A DNA stretch of 64,000 nucleotides, from the NCBI GenBank assembly GCA_000993115.1, contig LBVN01000001.1, forward strand, positions 19,924 to 83,923, read 5' to 3'. A model generated the notes under the pieces. The model was not told the DNA's origin, made no database searches, and saw only the letters and a list, made by a program, of their open reading frames with translations. Position 1 is the stretch's first letter. Every line of letters begins with the position of its first letter. Below are positions 48,405 to 55,429 of the stretch, one piece after another. The DNA is from Candidatus Woesebacteria bacterium GW2011_GWB1_38_8b. GTDB taxonomy: Bacteria; Patescibacteriota; Microgenomatia; UBA8517. The position numbers and the translations under genes are program-made.

Positions 48405-49880
48405 TTATTCTTTGTTTCCAGGCTTTAAAGTCGGAAACAAAATTACCTCTTTAATCATCCAAGTATTTGTAAAAAACATAGTCAATCTGTCAATCCCAAT
48501 TCCAATTCCCCCAATTGGCGGCATTCCGTATTCCATTGCCTCAATAAAATCCTCATCAACCTGCTGTGCTTCTTCTTTATCCTTGCGAGCCGCTTTGACA
48601 TCGTCTTCAAATCTTTCTCTTTGGTCAATTGGGTCGGTTAATTCGCTCCATCCATCGCAAATTTCCTTTCCCCCAATATAACCCTCAAATCGCTCTACCC
48701 AATCACCCACCTCATCTTTAAGTTTGGAAAGAGGAGATACATCGCGTGGGTAATCGATTATCCAAGTAGGTTCCATCAAAGTTTTTGAAATTAGTTTATC
48801 AAAAATCAAAAATATAAGCTGACCTTTAGTTTCACCACCAACCAAATCTAATCTTTTATCTTTGCAATAACTATTCAATTCATCTAATGACATCGAATTA
48901 ACATCTATCTCCAGATTATCTTTTACAATATCGACCATCGAAATTCTCGGCCAACTCTTTCCAATGTCAATCTCATTTTCATCAACCTTGATTTTCATTT
49001 CTCCAAAAAGTTTTTGAGCTAGGTGTTTAAATAACCCCTCAGTTACATCCATTACGTTTTGGTAGTCAGTATATGCGGCATAGTATTCAATCATTGTAAA
49101 TTCCGGGCTGTGCACCTGGTCAATTCCCTCATTTCTGAAATCTTTACATATCTCATAGACTTTTTCATAACCGGCAACTATTAGCCTTTTAAGGTAAAGT
49201 TCGTCAGCAATTCTTAGATAAAATTCCGAATCGAGAGCATTATGGTAAGTTTTAAAGGGTTTGGCGTTTGCCCCACCATAAAGCGGTTGTAACGTTGGTG
49301 TTTCTACTTCGCTATACCCCAAATCGTCTAAATACCTCCTGATTTCTCGAACAAGTTTTACCCTTGTATCAAATCTTATTTTGACATCAGGATTAAACAT
49401 AAGATCTAAGTAACGCTTACGATAACGTTCTTCTACATCTTTTAATCCATGCCAAGTTGACGGAAGCGGACGGATTGACTTTGAAAGAAGTTGATAATCG
49501 ATTACATCTACAGTTGTCTCTCCCGCTTGGGTTTTGAAAACTTTACCTTTTGCGTACAAAAAATCACCCACATCCAGAAGTTTTAACGTTTTGAAATTGT
49601 CTTCAAGAGTTTTTTTCTGGAACAAAAGCTGAATTTTTCCGGATTCGTCTTTCAAATCGGCAAAAATTATATTTCCATGTTCACGATAGGACATTAAGCG
49701 TCCTGCAACCTCGACAAAGTCGTCCCGCGAAGCTTCAGCGAAGTGGGACTCTCTAATATTAACTATTGGTACGGTGGTTCCTTTAGTTTTTGAAGGATAT
49801 GGGTTAATGCCCAAATCATGAAGCTTTTGAACTTTTTCCAATCTTATTTTTTTAATTTGTTCCAGTGTCTGCTCAGCCAT
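48405..49880 (-). CDS. lysS: Lysyl-tRNA synthetase (class II)
   Basis: N-terminal OB anticodon-binding domain and class II core motifs (FRNEG, GIGIDRL). Confidence 0.9.
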   Translation of the reverse strand: MAEQTLEQIKKIRLEKVQKLHDLGINPYPSKTKGTTVPIVNIRESHFAEASRDDFVEVAGRLMSYREHGNIIFADLKDESGKIQLLFQKKTLEDNFKTLKLLDVGDFLYAKGKVFKTQAGETTVDVIDYQLLSKSIRPLPSTWHGLKDVEERYRKRYLDLMFNPDVKIRFDTRVKLVREIRRYLDDLGYSEVETPTLQPLYGGANAKPFKTYHNALDSEFYLRIADELYLKRLIVAGYEKVYEICKDFRNEGIDQVHSPEFTMIEYYAAYTDYQNVMDVTEGLFKHLAQKLFGEMKIKVDENEIDIGKSWPRISMVDIVKDNLEIDVNSMSLDELNSYCKDKRLDLVGGETKGQLIFLIFDKLISKTLMEPTWIIDYPRDVSPLSKLKDEVGDWVERFEGYIGGKEICDGWSELTDPIDQRERFEDDVKAARKDKEEAQQVDEDFIEAMEYGMPPIGGIGIGIDRLTMFFTNTWMIKEVILFPTLKPGNKE

Positions 49881-50027
49881 ACCTAGTGCAAGTTTATCAA
49901 AGAAGCATAGAGTAGTAAAATTTCCCTATAAATATAAGTCGAATATTTTTTAATAGGGAAATCTTTGGCTCTAAATTCAATCAATTCTCGCAATAATATT
50001 GCGCGCGTTTCTTGAAATTATAGTAAA

Positions 50028-50492
50028 TTATTCAATCGACAATATTTCGTAAGATATTTTTCCAGCTGGAGCGTCCACCTCAACTTTATCGCCAATCTTT
50101 TTTCCAAAAAGTGCCTGACCAAGGGGAGATGTATGGGAAATCTTTTTCTTCATAGGATCAGCTTCCCAATCACCAACAATCTCATATACCAATTGGTTAC
50201 CATTGAACTTAAGTGTCACATGCGTACCGAGGGCGATGCCTCCATTTTTTGCTCCCTGTTTAACCACGGTTGCGTATTTCAAAACATCTTCTAACTCCGA
50301 TATTCTGCCGTCTAAAAATTCAAGTTCGTCCTTGGCATTATGGTAATCGCTGTTTTCCGACAAGTCTCCCTGCAGCCTTGCGTTGGAAAGTCTGTCAACA
50401 ACTTTTGGTCTTTTGTTTTCAACTAAATCGTTAAGCTCTAACTTAAGAGCATCCAGACCTTTTTGTGTAATTTGTAATTGATTATTTTTCAT
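50028..50492 (-). CDS. greA: Transcription elongation factor GreA
   Basis: Typical GreA coiled-coil N-terminus (ITQKGLDALKLELNDL...RLQGDLSENSDYHNAKDELEFLDGRISELE) and FKBP-like C-terminal domain. Confidence 0.9.
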   Translation of the reverse strand: MKNNQLQITQKGLDALKLELNDLVENKRPKVVDRLSNARLQGDLSENSDYHNAKDELEFLDGRISELEDVLKYATVVKQGAKNGGIALGTHVTLKFNGNQLVYEIVGDWEADPMKKKISHTSPLGQALFGKKIGDKVEVDAPAGKISYEILSIE

Positions 50493-50513
50493 ATTTTTAA
50501 TAATTAAATACCT

Positions 50514-50547
50514 AAAAAAACTCTCCTTCTTTATTTTAGTAGGAGAG
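50514..50547 (-). terminator. Intrinsic-terminator-like hairpin plus U7 inside the greA leader, ~21 nt upstream of the greA ATG (possible attenuator)
   Basis: Minus strand reads ctctcc tactaaaataaagaa ggagag ttttttt. It lies between the predicted greA promoter (~50643..50671) and the start codon. Confidence 0.4.
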
Positions 50548-50642
50548 TGTCATTTTTATTTCTCCCACCAAACTAGCGAACCTTAATGGAAAAGGTATTA
50601 CAAACGCCAGAGTGGAGGTAGAAATGGAAACTCATGGAGGAA

Positions 50643-50671
50643 ATTGTATATACGAATTAGTCCTTTGTCAA
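50643..50671 (-). promoter_or_regulatory. Sigma70-like promoter for greA (TTGACA-17-TACAAT) giving a ~145-nt leader
   Basis: Minus strand reads cttgaca aaggactaattcgtata tacaat. Confidence 0.4.
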
Positions 50672-50706
50672 GCATAGTGAGAGCTTATGATAACTATTTC
50701 AAAATT

Positions 50707-50783
50707 TTATTGCATATCTCTTGCGAAATCCAAACTTGGCGACAAAAACTACGCACTTAAGTGCGTAGAAGTTTATTTTTTTT
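50707..50783. repeat. Copy 1 of the intergenic repeat family, ending in a palindromic terminator hairpin
   Basis: ttattgcatatctcttgcgaaatccaaacttggcgacaaaaactacgcacttaagtgcgtagaagtttattttttt. It is collinear with copy 2 at 57886..57991 apart from a 31-nt hairpin insert in copy 2. Confidence 0.6.
50749..50783. terminator. Bidirectional rho-independent terminator (perfect palindrome flanked by T-runs on both strands)
   Basis: ctacgcact taa agtgcgtag is followed by gtttattttttt on the plus strand. On the minus strand the same stem is followed by ttttt. Confidence 0.5.
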
Positions 50784-51930
50784 CAAGTATAATTGTCTGA
50801 TGCGTAAGAAAATAACAGTGTTTACCCTACTTCTGCTGGGATTGTTTTTCATTTCTGTTTCTGCATCTTATCTTTTTTTTATATATAAAAAGGTTTATGT
50901 TGCTCCCGTTAGTCCTCCACCAAATGCAACCCCTACTCCAACGCCTGACCCAATGGCACCTAAAAATATACTGCTTTTAGGTTACGGTGGTGCGGGCCAT
51001 GAAGGAGGCACTTTAACTGACACGATGATAGTTGCCCACTTAATTCCGAAAGAAAAAAAGGTATTTTTAATTTCAATTCCGCGTGACATTTGGGTACCGA
51101 TCCCGATGAAAAACGGTACTCAAAATTTTAAAATTAACCATGCATTTTCAATCGGAGTTGACGAAAAACGTTTTCCCGAAAAACTTCCTCAATATACAGG
51201 AATTGCAGGAGCGGGTTTGTTATCCCGCGAAATGGTCGGGTTAGTAACCGGCCTTAAAATCGATAATTTTGTATCGGTAAACTTTGAGGGCTTTAAAAAT
51301 ATAGTAAATATTTTAGGAGGAATTAACATTTACGTTCCTTATTCATTTAAAGACGAATATTATCCGATTAAGGGTAAAGAAGATGACACTTGCGGGCTAA
51401 CCGAAGAGCAATTGACAGCCATTCACGCGACACTTTCGGGACAGCTCTTAGAGCAGGAATTTAAATGTAGATTTGAAACCATAGAATTTACAAAGGGATT
51501 AATTTTGATGGACGGAGAAACTTCGCTTAAATTCGTCCGTTCAAGACATTCCGATATTAACGGGGGCGATTTTGGCCGATCGCTCCGACAACAGGCGTTT
51601 ATCGTCGCTGTTAAAAATAAACTTCTAAGTTTTGGCAGTTTTACAAAATTAATCCCTGTAATAAACAGTATTTCAAAAAACACTCAAACAGATATCGATA
51701 TTAAAAGTGCCCTTAATTTTGTTTCGTCAAATTTTGAAATCGGAGATTTTGAAATAAAAACAGTAACACTAACTACCGATAACGTATTAACAGATACAAT
51801 TTCTTCCGATAAACAGTACATTTTGATTCCAAAAGCCGGTGAAGGAAATTGGGACGAAATTCATAAATTTATTTCTGACGCAGTAACTCAAAAACCTACT
51901 GTCACTCAAACTCCGAAAGTCACAAATTAA
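50761..51930 (+). CDS. LytR-CpsA-Psr (LCP) family cell-envelope polymer transferase; the likely true start is the ATG at 50800 (MRKKITVF...)
   Basis: N-terminal TM, then the LCP core (ILLLGYGGAGHEGGTLTDTMIVAHL...ISIPRDIWVPIP...LKFVRSRHSD..GDFGRSLRQQ). Confidence 0.75.
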   Translation: MRRSLFFFKYNCLMRKKITVFTLLLLGLFFISVSASYLFFIYKKVYVAPVSPPPNATPTPTPDPMAPKNILLLGYGGAGHEGGTLTDTMIVAHLIPKEKKVFLISIPRDIWVPIPMKNGTQNFKINHAFSIGVDEKRFPEKLPQYTGIAGAGLLSREMVGLVTGLKIDNFVSVNFEGFKNIVNILGGINIYVPYSFKDEYYPIKGKEDDTCGLTEEQLTAIHATLSGQLLEQEFKCRFETIEFTKGLILMDGETSLKFVRSRHSDINGGDFGRSLRQQAFIVAVKNKLLSFGSFTKLIPVINSISKNTQTDIDIKSALNFVSSNFEIGDFEIKTVTLTTDNVLTDTISSDKQYILIPKAGEGNWDEIHKFISDAVTQKPTVTQTPKVTN

Positions 51931-51957
51931 ATTTAATTTAGTGTAAAATTTGATAGT

Positions 51958-52434
51958 ATGAAGCTACTGAAAATCCACGTTTTAACCTTAGTACTTTGCA
52001 TTTTTGCTGCACAATCGGCAGGACTTATCGGCGCTATATTTACATTTTCGGCAATTGATTCTTGGTATTTAGGTCTCAATAAACCGTTTTTCAATCCTCC
52101 CAACTGGATTTTTGGGCCGGTTTGGACTATATTGTATTCACTTATCGGTATATCTTTATACTTTGTAATAATCTCCAAAAACAAACTTCGGTCTAAAACT
52201 TTGAAATTATTTTTTATACATCTCGTATTAAACGGTTTGTGGTCAATAATATTTTTCGGATTGAAAAACCCCGCGGTTGCGCTTATGGAAATTCTAATTA
52301 TGTGGACTACTTTAATTTATCTGATGTATTTATTTAATCGTTTTGAAAAAAGAGCATTTTATTTATTCATACCATATTTACTTTGGGTAACTTTTGCCTC
52401 TATTCTTAACTTATCGATTTGGTATTTAAATTGA
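51958..52434 (+). CDS. tspO: TspO/MBR family tryptophan-rich sensory protein
   Basis: Five TM segments with the characteristic W.FGPVWTILY..IG.SLY motif. Confidence 0.75.
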   Translation: MKLLKIHVLTLVLCIFAAQSAGLIGAIFTFSAIDSWYLGLNKPFFNPPNWIFGPVWTILYSLIGISLYFVIISKNKLRSKTLKLFFIHLVLNGLWSIIFFGLKNPAVALMEILIMWTTLIYLMYLFNRFEKRAFYLFIPYLLWVTFASILNLSIWYLN

Positions 52435-52437
52435 AGT

Positions 52438-52689
52438 CTACTTCGTGGATTTAACAATACCTTCAATATAGCTTGGAGGGACCAATTTCTGAATCAAAGG
52501 AATGGAATCAACTGATAAAACGAATCGGTAAAATAAAGCAATTACCCCTCCGGCTACTAGTGTAGCTCCAATTGCGGTTCCGATTCCCTGTAGCAGGGAT
52601 AACAAAAATGCTCTTTTAAAAGAATTTTGTTTTGAAAGTGTCTGGTTTAAAATTTGAATATTCTTATTGATTTCCGAAAAATCATTCAT
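52438..52689 (-). CDS. Hypothetical small membrane protein
   Basis: 83 aa with a C-terminal half TM segment (LLSLLQGIGTAIGATLVAGGVIALFY). Confidence 0.35.
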   Translation of the reverse strand: MNDFSEINKNIQILNQTLSKQNSFKRAFLLSLLQGIGTAIGATLVAGGVIALFYRFVLSVDSIPLIQKLVPPSYIEGIVKSTK

Positions 52690-52718
52690 TATTTATTGTA
52701 ACAGTGTTTTTTTAATTT

Positions 52719-53534
52719 ATGAAAGTGTTACTATTAAATATGAAGTCAAGATCTAAGATAGAAACAGTTTCAATTGTTTTTATTTTGGTATTATTTTTTA
52801 CTGCAGGTTTTTTAGTGTTTTCAGGTCTTTTAAATTTGTTCAAAGGTAAAGACAAGACTTCGCAAATTATCGCTGATTTGAAAAAACCTGAAATCACTAT
52901 AAGCGGAATTATCTTCACAAGCGGTCTATCGGACGATGAAAAAAATACTTTTAAAATAAATAGTGATTATCAACTCATAAAGTCAGCTCCGGAAAATAGT
53001 TGGGAAGATCCTGTTAATACTTATTTTCTTTATGCGAATGGGTTGGATCTTTCGAAATATCTCGGTAAATGCGTTAATTTGACCGGGTACTTATATAGCG
53101 GTTGGGAAAATATTGACAAAAATAATTTTTTAGTTAACGGAAGATGGACCTACGACCGATCGGCATTTGCAATCGGTTCTGTAAGTGAGAAAGGGTTGAC
53201 CGAGTGTATAAACGATTTTGACAATACTGTAAAACCTGCTGAAGGAGAAAAAATTAAACACCTAACTTTTACCGGAATATTAAATATTTCCAAGAGACCA
53301 TCTCCGGATATAAACTATGATTTCCAGTTACAACTGGACAAACCGTTCATAGATGACGTAAACCCAACCGGAGAGTTGGTTGGACAAAATGAATTAGTTA
53401 TACTACCTGCAACTGATGAATTATTAGTTGAGTTTTTGGGTAACGTTGAAAAACAGGTTGAGATTGGTGGCTATATGCAGTGGGGTTATTCCGAATCAAG
53501 GTTTTTAACGGTTGATAGTCTTAAATCGTTGTAG
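52719..53534 (+). CDS. Hypothetical protein with an N-terminal signal anchor
   Basis: 271 aa with N-terminal TM (IVFILVLFFTAGFLVFSGLL). No recognised domain. Confidence 0.45.
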   Translation: MKVLLLNMKSRSKIETVSIVFILVLFFTAGFLVFSGLLNLFKGKDKTSQIIADLKKPEITISGIIFTSGLSDDEKNTFKINSDYQLIKSAPENSWEDPVNTYFLYANGLDLSKYLGKCVNLTGYLYSGWENIDKNNFLVNGRWTYDRSAFAIGSVSEKGLTECINDFDNTVKPAEGEKIKHLTFTGILNISKRPSPDINYDFQLQLDKPFIDDVNPTGELVGQNELVILPATDELLVEFLGNVEKQVEIGGYMQWGYSESRFLTVDSLKSL

Positions 53535-54015
53535 ATTAGATTGGCATATGCCCACGAAGAAAAATTTATTTTATTTACAAACTTTACTTCTTTTCTCGGG
53601 CGTTGTTTTTTCCTGGGGAAATGTTTTAAAAGAATTTAAAATTTATTTTGCAGCGGGTGGACAAATACTTCAAACCGCAGGATGTCCGGTCACAAACCCG
53701 ATTATAACTCCGTGTTTTTGGGGAGCAACGGCTTTCTTAATCGCCTTAATCTGGTCTTCATATATAATTCAGGCAAAATCCACAGGACAAATCTCAAATG
53801 AAATTAGATTGAAGTGGTTTTTGGTTGCATCTACAATTTTCGGTTGGGGAAATGTAGCCTTGGAATTTTATAAATATTACGCTTCAAAAATGCAACCGAT
53901 TGTCTCCTGCACTGGAGTTATAAAAAGTCCAATCTATGCACCATGTTTTACTGGGTCAATAATTTTTCTTGCTTCACTTATTTTTACTTCAATAATTATT
54001 AAAAAGTTAAAGTGA
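53512..54015 (+). CDS. Hypothetical membrane protein with an internal duplication of a C(x8)PCF..G..FL TM hairpin motif
   Basis: GCPVTNPIITPCFWGATAFLIALIW and TGVIKSPIYAPCFTGSIIFLASLIF are internal repeats. Confidence 0.4.
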   Translation: MIVLNRCRLDWHMPTKKNLFYLQTLLLFSGVVFSWGNVLKEFKIYFAAGGQILQTAGCPVTNPIITPCFWGATAFLIALIWSSYIIQAKSTGQISNEIRLKWFLVASTIFGWGNVALEFYKYYASKMQPIVSCTGVIKSPIYAPCFTGSIIFLASLIFTSIIIKKLK

Positions 54016-54030
54016 CCCCACCGGGATTCG
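54011..54030. repeat. 20-bp exact direct repeat of the tRNA-Glu 3' end (att-like); the other copy is at 55319..55338
   Basis: agtgaccccaccgggattcg appears at 54011..54030. It reappears as the 3' terminal 18 nt of tRNA-Glu plus 2 flanking nt. Confidence 0.6.
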
Positions 54031-54244
54031 TGTGCATGATGTGCAACACATTACTTGTTCGCTATCGATCCCGAGGTGGAACGAGCTGCAAGCGAGTGAC
54101 CTCGCTGTCCAAGAAATGGAACACCTTACAAGATTACTTTTCTAAACTGTATTTTACCTTCCAAGAATTGAACCTACAACCTCAATTAGAAACCAACTTC
54201 GCTACAATCTAAACAGGGTTTTTCTATTAATTGCTACAACAACT

Positions 54245-54541
54245 TCAAGGAATAGCGGGTGGTGTGGGTAGTAAATTAACACCCCAACCTACAGAAAGAG
54301 CATTTATTGCTGCCCAAATAAGGAATACTAAAATTAAACCTAATAATCCTGCTGGTAACCCTCCAAATGATATCATCAACCACCTATTCAGCTTCTTGTT
54401 ATCCTTATTCTTTTTTGTCAGTTTAATAATCAATAAAATTATCCCAACAGGAATAGATAAAATCATCCAAAGAAAAAAAGCAAGAGATAATATTATTAAA
54501 ATAAGAGTAACAAGCACAGATATGATTTTTATAAGTATCAC
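54245..54541 (-). CDS. Hypothetical small membrane protein (within the AT-rich islet)
   Basis: 98 aa with three hydrophobic helices. It overlaps the plus-strand ORF 54231..54566; the strand choice is uncertain. Confidence 0.3.
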   Translation of the reverse strand: MILIKIISVLVTLILIILSLAFFLWMILSIPVGIILLIIKLTKKNKDNKKLNRWLMISFGGLPAGLLGLILVFLIWAAINALSVGWGVNLLPTPPAIP

Positions 54542-54574
54542 CCCCTTCTTAAACTTAAAAGTTTAACGAAATAT

Positions 54575-55264
54575 TTACCTACCTATGATTTTACCAATGA
54601 AATTATGTACCCTTACAGTAGTATCTCCAATTTTTACTATTATATTTTCATTACAATTTGATTGAATTTTTAATTGATTACAGTAAAATTTATATACCTC
54701 TGATAACGAAAATGATAATAAAGAAAATCCTAACAAAAATGCCATAAGACCTCCCCATATCTCTGAGGTACGGGAAAGCTTATCAGTTCTCATTTTCAAC
54801 TTAGACCAAAGAGTTCCTGTCATTTCAAACTTCCTCTCTGTAGCAGTTATAAATTTATTACCAGTTAAAAAACCTAATCCAAGAACAAGAAAAAAGATTG
54901 AGGCAAGTGGAATTGCAAGGACAATTGAGGTTAATATTGCAAAAATAAAAATAAATAAAAATGTTTCTGAAATGCTCTTAGGAAGAAAATCCAAATTATA
55001 TTTATTAATATCTAACGACTTGAAAAATAGAAAAAATAGCAAATTAAAAATTACAAATATGATATTAGCCAAAAAGTAATAAATAGGATACCTGATTGAC
55101 CGCTTGTTGTTCTTCCACAAATTCTTAAATAGAGCAATTGTGAAAATTAGGACTGGAATAATTATAATAATCAGATAGAGGAAGTTTTCTGATTGGTTAA
55201 ATATAGTCCTCATAATTAAGAGTATATTAACTATAAGATATAGTACCACCCAAAGTAGAATCAA
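54575..55264 (-). CDS. Hypothetical polytopic membrane protein (within the AT-rich islet)
   Basis: 229 aa, Ile/Leu/Phe-rich, with multiple TM segments. No recognised motif. Confidence 0.4.
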   Translation of the reverse strand: MILLWVVLYLIVNILLIMRTIFNQSENFLYLIIIIIPVLIFTIALFKNLWKNNKRSIRYPIYYFLANIIFVIFNLLFFLFFKSLDINKYNLDFLPKSISETFLFIFIFAILTSIVLAIPLASIFFLVLGLGFLTGNKFITATERKFEMTGTLWSKLKMRTDKLSRTSEIWGGLMAFLLGFSLLSFSLSEVYKFYCNQLKIQSNCNENIIVKIGDTTVRVHNFIGKIIGR

Positions 55265-55320
55265 ACATATTTAGCCTCAGTTTTGTACTAGAATTGGTAA
55301 ATTTCGAAAACAGTCTCTAG

Positions 55321-55392
55321 TGACCCCACCGGGATTCGAACCCGAATTACTAGGATGAGAACCTAGCGTCCTAGCCATTAGACGATGGGGCC
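55321..55392 (-). tRNA. tRNA-Glu (anticodon CTC)
   Basis: The minus strand GGCCCCATCGTCTAATGGCTAGGACGCTAGGTTCTCATCCTAGTAATTCGGGTTCGAATCCCGGTGGGGTCA folds as a cloverleaf. Acceptor stem 7 bp, T-loop GGTTCGAATCC, anticodon loop TTCTCAT. No encoded CCA. Confidence 0.8.
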
Positions 55393-55429
55393 AATTACGA
55401 ATATTTTATCACAAATCGAAGCTAATTTC

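Noticed and set aside
48413-48437. Hairpin gtttcc-N13-ggaaac near the lysS 3' end as a terminator
   Set aside because: It lies inside the lysS coding region and is not followed by a U-run.
54012-54212. ORF 54012..54212 (66 aa) on the plus strand
   Set aside because: It begins inside the att-like 20-bp repeat and runs through AT-rich islet DNA with hairpins and a degenerate tRNA-like remnant, with no coding signal. Likely spurious.
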